Origin: Salpingoeca rosetta
Lineage: Eukaryota; Protista; Choanoflagellata
DNA: 64,000 bases
Assembly (NCBI GenBank): GCA_033442325.1
Contig: JAWQFM010000018.1
Location: 1,099,515-1,163,514 of the forward strand
Direction of reading: 5' to 3'
Of the stretch, positions 1 through 14,300 are shown piece by piece. Both the position numbers and the translations under genes were made by a program. How positions within the stretch are numbered: position 1 is the stretch's first letter; the number at the start of each line of letters is the position of its first letter. The notes under the pieces are model-generated. The model ran no database searches. It had not been told where the DNA came from and saw only the letters and a program-made list of their open reading frames with translations.

Positions 1-133
1 GAGTGAGTGAGTGAGTGAGTGAGTGAGTGAGTGAGTGAGTGAGTGAGTGAGTGAGTGAGTGAGTGAGTGAGTGAGTGAGTGAGGGTGGGTGAGTGAGTGA
101 GTGAGTAAGTGAGTGAGTGAGAGAGAGAGTGAG
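1..133. repeat. (GAGT)n tetranucleotide microsatellite, in an intron of the RFC gene
   Basis: Nearly perfect GAGT tandem array read directly from the sequence. Confidence 0.95.
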
Positions 134-280
134 TATGTTGTGCTTGAGTGTGTGCGAGTGAGTGAGCGAGTGCGAAAGTGTTTGTGCATGGTTGCAAGTC
201 AACGACGCTGACGACTGCGGGAAGTCAAGACCGCAAAGGTGCTGTGTAGATGCTGAGGCGTGCTGATGCACGGGCAGTAC

Positions 281-1558
281 CTCGACGAAGGGCAGCCTGA
301 GCGTCGTTGGTCATGGCGTCTGCCTCATCCAAGATGATCAGTTTGAAACCGGCACTGTATGATGGGCACGAAAAACGAGAAGGGGAGAGAAGGGAAAAAG
401 CGGGGATCAACAACGTGTCGCACATGAGCTTGGCGTGGTCACTCGAGCTTGGAAGTGCGCGCAGCAGCTTCACCAGCGCGCAATGTGGTCACATCAGCTT
501 GTGCCCAACCACAACCACGCACACACACACACACACACACACACAGCCACACCAACCATAGACACAACCACACAGTTACCATTACCTGAACACTGTCTTT
601 GTGCTGGCAAACGTCTTGATCTGCTCGCGGACAACGCCAATGCCGCGGTCATCCGAGGCGTTGAGCTGCAAGAACGAGCAACGGCAACAATAGCAACAAG
701 AACAACAACAGAACAACAACAGACACAGACACAGAATCAAGAACAAACCACGCGTTAGGATAGCACCGGAGCGCCAACGGCAAACAAAGCACAGCCGCAA
801 AAGCCCAAGCGTGAGCTGTGCTAGTCGCGCTCATGCCAGTGTGTGCGCGTACTTCATGTCCACCCGTCGTCGGAGTCTGTGTTTGTATGCGCGCGTGTGT
901 GTGTGAAGCTAGCGCACCTCCAAGACCATGCTCTTGTATGCTTTGCCGTAGAGCTGCTTGGCACATGCTTTGATGGTGGATGTCTTGCCAGTTCCTGGTG
1001 GGCCGTAGAACAAGAGATGGGGCAGCCGTTTCTCATCCACAAATCGCTGGACTATGCGTCACGGCATAAGCGCCAGCAGTTGTTGCGAGAGCGCGCGATG
1101 AGTGTTGATGGTGGAGCAGTGTGTGTTTGGCGCAAGTGGAGCGCGCATGTGCATGCATTTGCATGAGTGAGCGTCATGTTCGCGAAAGGTTGTGTTTGAC
1201 ATGATACGCACCACGGACCCCATCACCACCAACAGCCCCGCGTGCACGTACTTGTGTCGATAATCTCCTTGTGCGAAACAAGCTGGTCCAGGGAATCCGG
1301 GCGGTACTTCTCCACCCTGTGTGTGTGTGGGGAGGGGGGCAAGGAACTTCTGTCAACTCACCGATCCAGACACAGACAGATGCACAGACACAGACACAGA
1401 CAGAAAGACACACAGACAGACACAAATACACAGACAGATACACACGTACACAGACACAGACACAGACACAGACACACAGACACACAGATACAGACACACA
1501 GACAGATACACAGACAGATACACACGTACACAGACACAGACACAGACACACACACACA

Positions 1559-1617
<59 letters not shown>

Positions 1618-1654
1618 ACCATGGCAAGTTTGTTGTTGGCGCGCTGGACGTCAT
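281..1654 (-). CDS. RFC5: Replication factor C small subunit (human RFC5 / yeast Rfc3 type), 5' exons; gene runs off the left edge
   Basis: GT-AG exons at 1620-1654, 1252-1316, 918-1051, 586-665 and 281-354. They give [27 protein letters not shown] (Walker A), [23 protein letters not shown] and [22 protein letters not shown], which are the RFC boxes. Confidence 0.9.
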
Positions 1655-2590
1655 CTTGGCAGGGACTGAATCAAGTCTTTAAATGGGAATCCGGACAACG
1701 GTTGAATCGTCCCGGAACTATTATCAAATACACAAAGCATGCCAATTGGTGTGAGCCCTCAATTCCACAAGATTCCCCAATACAATGCACCCCGCCAAAA
1801 AAAAAGAATTCTTCGGCCATCGTTGTCGACGGCATAATTTTGTTTTACAACGACACAGCGTGCTCTGCTTCTTCGTGCGTGCGCTGCGAGTGTTGCGTGT
1901 CCTTTTCCTTCTGTCCACAAAGGTGAGCAAGCTGACACGGCAACGTGGTGGTGATGATAGCGATGATGATGGCGATGATGATGGCCATGGCCATGGCGAT
2001 GAACAACCCGGGTGACATCAGAGAGAGAGAGAGAGAGAGAGGTGGGGAGGGGGGGGGGAGTTTGTTAACTTCCTCGTCTGTCTTCGTGTGCTGTGTGTGT
2101 GTGTGTCGTTTTGGAAATGGGTGCGATCGCAAACCCTGCAAAACCAGGTGCATTGCGATTCCGAACACGTGATTGTCGATCGCGCACACACACACATATA
2201 CAGTCGTGGAGATCGAGCGCGTAAGCACGCTCACTCATTGATCGTCATCCATTCTCTCATGGTTGTTTGTTCGACAATGCATGCACAACGTTGACAGAAT
2301 CCCTTCAAGACTCTTCTCCTCGCATCTTCTTCTTCTCTCATCTTTTCAACTTCCCCCATTTCAGCCAAACACATCACACAACAAACGTCCAAGGTACGCC
2401 AAGTGGCATCTCAACAGCTTGCATTGTCTCTTTTTGCTCCGCATATCAACGTGCCACGCACAAGCACACACAACATGCCACACATCCACACAAAATGGAT
2501 GCACCCACGTGGGTGATATGTACTTCAACCGACGACAATGGACTTACACGCCCCTCATGTGTTTTGGTTTGGTTTGTTTGGTGTGGTCAG
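1655..2590. promoter_or_regulatory. Divergent promoter/5'UTR region of RFC and DDX3, with an E2F-like site at 1791-1800 and a probable 5'UTR intron ending just before the DDX3 ATG
   Basis: Head-to-head genes. CCCGCCAAAA reads TTTTGGCGGG on the other strand. Donor-like AAG|GTACG near 2393 and acceptor TCAG at 2587-2590 directly before ATG 2591. Confidence 0.45.
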
Positions 2591-5665
<3,075 letters not shown>

Positions 5666-7033
5666 ACCACGCAGCCGTGGCGGGTTGGCGCTCCACGATG
5701 CCACCTCTGGTGCGCTGTAGTGTAACTCCCCCTCCCCACCGACCTTGTTTTCATCTGGAATCTGTTTTGTTTGTTTTTGTTCCTCGTTGTGCGATCACGT
5801 GACAGACCCCCTTCCATCGCCACCCATCCTTCTTGTTGTGAATGTTTGTTGACTTTCTCTCTCTCTCTTGTTTTTGTGTTGTGTTGTTTGTTTCCCTCCC
5901 CTTCCTATAGCCATGTCCAGGGATTGTTGTTTGAGAGGTTTTGTTCTTCTTGTTTGTCTCTGTTCCTTCTGACACGCGGTGACGGCGCCAAGGTGTTGGA
6001 TGTTGTGTTTTCCTGTTTGTGCCGATGTTTGGGTTTCCTTCGTCTTGCGCCCGTTGCTGTCGTTTGACTGCGTCCGCCGCCGTGTGTTACCGACACCCTA
6101 AGCTCTTTTTATCTTCTTGCCCGCCACAGTCGCTGGCATTGCGCCTCGTACTTGCTGCTATTCACTCTCTCGTTAGCTTGATTAGGTGTGCCGCAGCGCG
6201 TGTTGTCTCGTCTCTCTCCACACGAGCAACACTGCTGCTGCTGCGTCACACATGCACCCATGAGGCGTGGTGCTTCTTTCCTCTCGTCATTTTATTCGAT
6301 TGTTAGGCTGTGGCATGCGAGATGCTGCTCCGTGCTCTCTCCTCTTCTTCCGAGAAGGCACTAGGTATGGAGCGTCAGTGTGTGGGGTGTTGTGCCGTTT
6401 CCTCTCCCTTTTCTCTTTTGGGTGTTGTTTGCCCGTCCATTGTGTCGCTTGTTGTCCTCTTCATTTGACGTCTGGTCTGTCCCTTGCGTTGCCCTTCTCA
6501 ACAAAGCCCGTCTGTCACTTTCGTTGGTCTGTCGTTGCATCCTTTGTTTGTTTCGTTGTTTCGTTTGCGTGTTGGTGTTGTTGTGTGCGTTTGCACGGTG
6601 GGTTGTTGTGGCCGAGAGCGTGTTGCACGCCCCTTCTTGCCCTCCACAACTCCTCCTCGTCATGCCCTCTCCCCTGTTGTAGCGTCTTTCACTCCCTTGA
6701 CAGACAGATGCAGCATGGGATTCGCTCATGTGCGCGCCCACCGTTTGGTCGTGATTTTGCTTGTGCTCGTCGCCATAAACAATTGTTTGTTCGTCTACTT
6801 GAGCAAAAGGAACTACAGCGACACTCTGTGCGTGCGTGCGTGTGTGTGTGCGCGCGCGTGTGTGCACAGAGTGGTGGGACAATGGGTGCATGCATACATG
6901 TGTGTGTGTTCTTGCTGTGTACATGTGGTCGAGTTGCTGCATCGGGTTGTTGTTACTTGGAGCTGAGGAGGCCAACCTGTCACGTCAAGCTGATGTGAGG
7001 GGCGAGGCAGCATCGGAAGAGCCATGTGCAAGC

Positions 7034-7101
<68 letters not shown>

Positions 7102-7568
7102 CAAACCTGGGATGAGGGATCGACGTCCTTCCAGGCCGGCACGACGTACTGCACGTGTACATGCACATGGCGTTTGTGTTTGTGTTTGTGTGTGAATGTG
7201 CACACGTGCGCCTGTTGGAAAAAGTAGGCGAGCAATGGGTGCATATGGTCAGCCAGACACAATGACAACCTCCCTCTCCCTCTCGTTTCCTCACCTTGCG
7301 CGCCGTCACCGCCCACGCATCACCACCGTTTGCATGTGCTCTGGGTGAAAGCAGCACAAGCCATGCAGCAGCAGACAGAGACAATGACATGCATCGAATG
7401 TGACATGGAGGCGGCAAGTGGAGATGGATGGACGAGTCATCAGCAACAAAACCTCAATGGCATCAGCAAAATACACGCCAAAGCGGCGCTGTTTCCTCTT
7501 CTCTCTGTCTCTCTCTGTCTCTGTCTCTCTGTCTCTCTCTCTCTTCTTGCAGGCAGACAGAATCCCTT

Positions 7569-7743
7569 TCACTGCTGTGGGAAAGACACGTACATCGCGT
7601 CTGCTGCTGGCATGACCTGTTGAAGCACAGACGCTGGGAGCTGAGGGACAGGGCATGAGCGAGCGTGAATGGTCACGAAAAGTGCATGGGTGCAGAGAGA
7701 TAGGACAGACACACAGACACACACACACACACACAGACACACA

Positions 7744-7784
<41 letters not shown>

Positions 7785-8835
7785 ACACACACACACACCT
7801 GATGCGCGTCAATCCCGCCAGTTTCCGTATCAAAGACTTCACTGGAGAGCAAATTCGCCTGCTCCACATCCATGGTAGCTGCCGCCACACCCACGCCGTT
7901 CCCTCCATCGCCGCCATCCACCATCTCCTCTTGCTTCACACGCGTCCCATTCCCTGCTGCCGTTGCTGTTGTTGCTGCTGCTACTCCTGGTGACATGGCG
8001 GTGTGCAGACTGCCCTGCTCCCCGTGTTGCAAGCTGCTCTGCAATCGTGGTGTCCGCTGCTGCAAGGTGTGTGTGAGTGTGAGTGAACGTGTGTGTGAGT
8101 GTGAGTGAGTGAGTGAGTGAGTGAGTGAGTGAGTGAGTGTGTATGTGAAGCAATGTGAACCAGAGTCCGTGTGTGCAGGCACGAGTGAAACGCCATGAAG
8201 CATGATGATCACGACGCCCCACCACGTACGGAACACAACATCTGAGCAGCGCCGCCTGCCATATAACCCTCCTCCCTCCTGCCACATTACCTCGTGCTCG
8301 TGTATCGCTGCGTGCAAGTTTGTCTCCACTTGTTGCAGCTGCTCCCCAAAGCCCATCACGTCGTCCTGTACATACCTGCTCAATCCCCGGAGACCGCGGG
8401 GTGTCACCTCTCGCACAGCAGCAGCGACAAGTGTCTGCACATGACCGGGCAAGAAGAACGAGCAGGTGGTAGTTTGGTGCATGTCAGCGAGCGGAGCGAC
8501 GGTGGACGCCCTTGCGCACTTGCGATTAGTCACACACGCAAACACGAACGCAGCAATACAGGGAGACAGGCATTTCCACACATCCACAAAGCAGAGGCGG
8601 AGGAAGAGACTCAGAGGCGGTGGTAGAGACTCAGAGGCGGAGGCAGACACACACAGACACACAGATACACAGACACACACATATGAGCACAGGCAAGAGC
8701 ACCTGATCGGATGCGGAAGCAGAGTGGTGATCCTTGAGAGTGCGCGTGAGTTGACACACGCGTTCAATAAAGGTTCGCGTCGCGCCTTCCAGCACGGACA
8801 GCGAATGATCCGACACGCCTGCATACGCACGTACA

Positions 8836-8873
<38 letters not shown>

Positions 8874-9712
8874 CACACACACACACGCACACACACGCAC
8901 ACACACACACACGCACACACACGCACACACACGCACACACACACACACACACACGCACGCACAAACACACACGTACACAAACACACACACACATACAAGT
9001 TCACAAGCACTGGTGAGAGGTGCTTGTAGCTGTTGTTTTGGCAAGCCGTATGCGAGTCGTAGCTCTCATGGTGCAAAACACAAGCGAGAGTCAGTCGGCA
9101 CAATACTCACAAGAGAACCCGGCATGTGCTGCGAGGGTGGCCACCGCCGTATGCAGCGAGCGGCATCCGTCAACATAAGGGTTCTCCACATCTGCAAGAG
9201 TGCACCGCAAATTACGTGAGCAACATCTGGGGGGATCGGCCAAAGGCGCAGCTTGTAGTTGGTTGACGTGCACCCACATGTGTGTGTATGTGTGTGTGTG
9301 TGTGTCACGCACTCACACTCTCACACTCTCACTCTCACACACGCTCACTCTCTCACTCTCACACACTATCACTCTCACACACTATCACACACGATCACTC
9401 TCACACTATAATGCTCTGTGCAGGCAAACACACTCAGTTTCACTCGTTCAGCACCTTGTTGTGCGAGCAGCGTGGATGCAAGTGTTGTCATCTGTGTGGC
9501 AGGCAAGCAGCATGCAAGGGTATGAGAGGACTTGGATGTTCATGTCGCGTAGCATGAAACATGAGGCGCAAGCAACTTGCATTTCAAGATGAAGACAAGC
9601 CCGACATATTCACCCGTCACAGCAATCCATGCTGTGTACGGACCGAAGTTTGCTGTGGGGAATCATCGGTCATGGCAGCTTGAGGTTGGCCGGCCTGCCT
9701 CTATCAGTGCGC

Positions 9713-9803
<91 letters not shown>

Positions 9804-10486
9804 TGTGCGTGCATGCGTGCGTGCGTACAAGTATGGTGTGTGAGTGTGTGTGTGAGTGTGTGAGTGAGTGTGTGTGAAGGATGCACATCCGTGAAAGTGA
9901 TTGTTGGGAGTGGAAGACCAGTGCATGTGAACATGGGACAAGGGGCAGTGTTTGGTTCGGACATGAGCAGGCCAAAGCCACGCCTTGCTCGCCCAGCCTC
10001 ACACCAACAGAGACGGACAGAAACATGAACATTCATTCGCACCTTTATCCCTCGAAGGCGATCGCGCAGCTGGAGGATGCGAGACATGGACGCAATGTTG
10101 TGCACGACTGGGTTGTGCGCCAGCACTTGCGTAGATTGGTGTGGTTGTGGTTGTGGCGGTGTTGTTGTTGTTGTTGTTGTTGTTGTGCCTTGGTGCCCAC
10201 CGTTAACGTCAGTTGAGGAGGAGGAGGAGGATGATGGCACGTGATCATGGGGAAGAGGCTGGTGTGGAGCATAGTGCTGTGGTCTGCGTGGAAACACCGC
10301 CCCTGAATAGTCACTCTTCAGCGCCCCCCTCAACGTCCCAATCACGTCCTCCACGTCATCCACGTCCTCCTGCTGTTCCTCTTTCTCTTCCACCACGGCT
10401 GCCTGCTCCTTCTCTGCCACTGCATCATCCCCATCCTTCACACCACCACCACCACCTGTAGTCGTTTCCGCGCACCCGTCCTTCAT
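7569..10486 (-). CDS. Spt7/SUPT7L-like SAGA subunit (bromodomain-associated histone fold); both ends uncertain
   Basis: Joined exons give GCRSLHTAVATLAAHAGFSCVSDHSLSVLEGATRTFIERVCQLTRTL...TLVAAAVREVTPRGLRGLSRYVQDDVMGFGEQLQQVETNL, resembling the SUPT7L histone fold (AVATILAHAGFD). Further exon-like segments at about 7107-7149 and 7295-7340 may extend the C-terminus. Confidence 0.6.
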
Positions 10487-11399
10487 CGCTGCATTTTGTG
10501 GTGTCGGACACGAAATGGCGCGCGGCTTCTTTTGCTTGCCTCGCTTGTGCCTGCAAGCACATCACATGTCACACCCCACACCTATGTCAAGCACTTCCGT
10601 TCCTGTCACGATGGCAGCTTCATCATCACGGCACAAGCCCCCCCCCCCTCCTTGCCACCTCCATCACGACTTCTTTCCCCTTCCCCCTCCATCCTTGCTG
10701 ACCAAAACCCGCATACATGGCTTCTTGGCTTGCTGTGTAAATTGGGAGAGGCAAGACAGAAAAGAACACACACACACACACACACACACACGCACCAAGA
10801 CAAACCACAAACGGACAGCATGTGGCGAGACGCCCAAGTCGCAATCGCGCGCAAGCAAGCGAGCAACGTTTCTCTTGCGCACCCGCACACAGTGCTTGCC
10901 ACAGACACCACAAGCACACAGACACAGACATAGAAACGAAACCATCACATCACCGGAAACAAAAACACGTGCAACAGCCTCATGACACATAGTCCAGAAC
11001 GTAGGGAAAACAAGCCCTCAAAGGCAGGAGGAGCGCCAATGGAGGACACCCAGTGGGCAAGTAAAGAAAAGGAGAAAGCGTGGGGTCGTAAAAAGGAGAA
11101 GACACCAAAAGCAGAGGTTATTTCACAGACGAGCGCAACAACAAACGCACAGGTAGGAAACAAGAGGCACTCAAACAACGCTCACACACAACCTTCCATC
11201 TCATACACAAGGACATCCGCACAATTATCACCACATATGCCACTTTCATCACAGCAACGCAAACAGCAACAAACACAAAGGTTGGTTGTAGAACAAACCA
11301 AAACAAAGATGTGAAGGAGGAGAAGGTGGACAAGGTAGAAAGGAAGGAAAAAGAAAGAAAGGCGGCATGTAGCGGATTGTAGGTGTGAGGAGGGATCAT

Positions 11400-14300
11400 C
11401 TACGGGTTGACAATGGTGAGCGAGACATCGTCCACGTTGACCTGCAGGCGGCGGGCGGTGTTCTCAAACTCAACGGTGACAGAGTTGAAGGCGCTGTGTT
11501 CCGCAGTGACAAAGCCAACAACGGAGAGCTCCACAAACTCGCCGCGAATGACGTCCGTCTCCAGGACGCGGCGCGAGCTGATGAGCATGCGAGCATCACC
11601 CTCGCCAGCGTACACCTTCGCCTCCATCTGCAAGAAGCGGTCCTGGTCCTGGCGCCAGCCAACGCGGAAGGTCATGGTCACCTCGGCAAGCGTGATCAGC
11701 TCAACGTCGCTGACCACCTGGCTGATGGCACTGTTTGCGTTGACAAAGGCGACGTTGTTGCCCTCGGGCGCGCCGTCGGCGTACTCGGCCGCAGATGGGT
11801 GGAACACGCCGGAAACGCCAGAGACAACCCAGTCCGTGATCACCGTCTCAAAGTCGCCCTCGTTCGCAAGAACCTGCGACTCAAAGCCCGTGTTGCCCAG
11901 AGGAACACTCACAAACTCCGTGGTCGTGGAGGTCGACGACGACGTGGAGGTCGAGGTGGAGGAAGACGTGGACGTGGACGACGAGGTGGATGTGCCCGTG
12001 GTCGTGTCCAGCGACACATCCACGCTGATGTTGTCAATGCCGACCTGCTGGCGGTCAGCAGTGTTGGTGATGACAAGGCGCAGGCGCTCGCCCCAGAGCT
12101 CAGGGCCAAAGTCAACCACGTCAACCGTCACAGCAGCAAAGTCGCCAGGGCCAAGGCCAGTGAAGAAGAACTCGGTTACCTTCGCGCTGGCAACCAGCTC
12201 CTGACTCTCCTCAGCGTACACGTCAAGGTCCGCCTGCAGGAAGCGGTCGTAGTCCGCGCGCCAGCCGACGTTCACCGCCACCTGCACGTGCACCTTGTCG
12301 CCAAGACGCACGCCCTGCAGCAGCTGCCACGCGCTCGCCCCCGCGTTGAGGTACAACACCTGGTCCTGGTCCGGCACGTTGTACTCGCCGTTGTTGGGGA
12401 AGAAGGTGCCAGCCTGGCCAGAGAGCGCCCAGTTGTCCGCAGCCGCAATGAAGCCGCCAGCGCTCAGCTCGTTGTCCTCAAAGGATGGGTTGAACACGGA
12501 TGGAGGAACAAAGGGTGTTGTCGTGGTCGTCGTGGAAGAGGACGACGATGTTGACGTCGAAGTCGATGTGGACGTGGAAGTCGACGATGTCGTGCTTGTG
12601 GAGGTCGAGGTGCTGGTCGAGGTGGAGGACGATGTGCTGGTGGACGTGGAGGTTGAAGTTGAGGTTGAGGTGCTCGTGGACGTGCTCGTGCTGGTTGAGG
12701 TTGAGGTTGAGGTGGAGGTAGACGTGCTTGTGGACGTCGACGTAGAGGTGGAGGATGAGGTAGACGTGCTGGTGCTGGTAGAGGACGACGTCGAGGACGA
12801 TGTGCTCGAGGTCGTCGACGTGGAGGTGGAGGTGGAGGTCGATGTCGACGTGGATGTGGAGGTGGAGGACGTGGTTGATGTAGAGGTGGAGGTTGACGTG
12901 GAGGTGGAGGTGGATGTCACCGTGGTCACGTACTCACGCTTGCACATGTACGAGCGGCGGCGCGTGCAGGGAAGCTCCTCCCACTCGCCGTTCTGGGTGT
13001 TCTGCACAAGGCACGCGCCTGGCGTCGTCGCAGACGCAGCAAGCGGCCACCCAAAGTCAACCGCCTCGCTGCCGTCAACCCACTCAATACTCGCGCCATC
13101 GTCGGTCAGGTGGGCACCCAGCCACACCTGGTTGTTGGTCGTCGAAGCACGAATCACAACAAGCACAAAGTCAAGCTCCGCCTGCGACAGCACGCTCACC
13201 AGCGAGCCATCCCACTCGTCAACGCAGTAGGCCCACGCCTCGTCAAACGTCACCTTCTCATCAACATACTGGTACAGCGACCCATCAAACACGGCAACGC
13301 CAGGCTCAACAGTGCGGAACAGCGTGCTGGTGCTTGTCGACGTCGACGTCGACGAAGACGTGGAGGAGGAGGTGGATGTCGTGGTGGATGTCGACGAGGA
13401 AGTCGACGACGACGACGAGGTGGATGACGACGACGAGGTGGTCGTGGACGTGGACGACGATGTGGAGGAAGACGTGGAGGTGGATGACGATGAGGACGTC
13501 GAGGTCGAGGTCGAGGACGACGTGGACGACGAGGTTGATGTCGTGCTGCTGCTGCTCGTGGAGGTGGACGACGAGGTGGAGGTAGAGGTCGAGGTCGAGG
13601 TGGACGACGATGTGGTGAAGGCGTTGCGCTTGCAGATGAAGCCACGCAGGGACTGGCAGCCAAGGTCGGCCCATGTGCCGTCACGCTCGTCCGTGGTGCC
13701 CGTGTTGAAGACAACGCAGAACTGGTCGCCATCAAAGTTGTTGGGCTCACCCTCCTCCCATGGCAGCGGCCACAGGCGCGTCGTACGGCCGTCCTGCCAC
13801 CAGATGCTGTCGTGGGCCTCGTTGAACTCGGCGCCAATCCACAGCTGGCGCAGGTCTGTCGTCTTGGGCACAATCTGGCGCAGGAACGTCTGCTCCTCGG
13901 CGTCCAGGATGGTGGCGAGGTAGCCGTCCTCAGCTTCGCAGCTGGCCTGCGCATCATCCTGCGACTGCTTGTCCTGGATCACGCGGAACTCAAAGTTGCC
14001 AAACTCGGTCCACTCTGGTGTCGTTGTCGAGAACGATGATGGGAGGGTCCAGAGAAGAGGGAGCAGAGGAGAGGGTGTGTGTGTGTGTGTGTGTGTGTGT
14101 TTCGGGTGAGCAAGGGGGTGCATCGGAAACGTCAGAGAAACAGGCGGTGCGCGCATACAGACGACAATAAAGCAACACGAGCGTACAGACAACAAGTGAA
14201 CGCGTGCATACGAGACAAAGTGAAACATCACAGCTCCAAGAGCAGTTGCATGCATGCATGCATGCATGCATGCATGGTGCCATTCTCGCAGATGAGTGAG

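Noticed and set aside
1-133. (GAGT)n at the window edge as a telomere
   Set aside because: It lies within a gene intron, the same repeat recurs internally (e.g. ~8100), and it is not TTAGGG-like.
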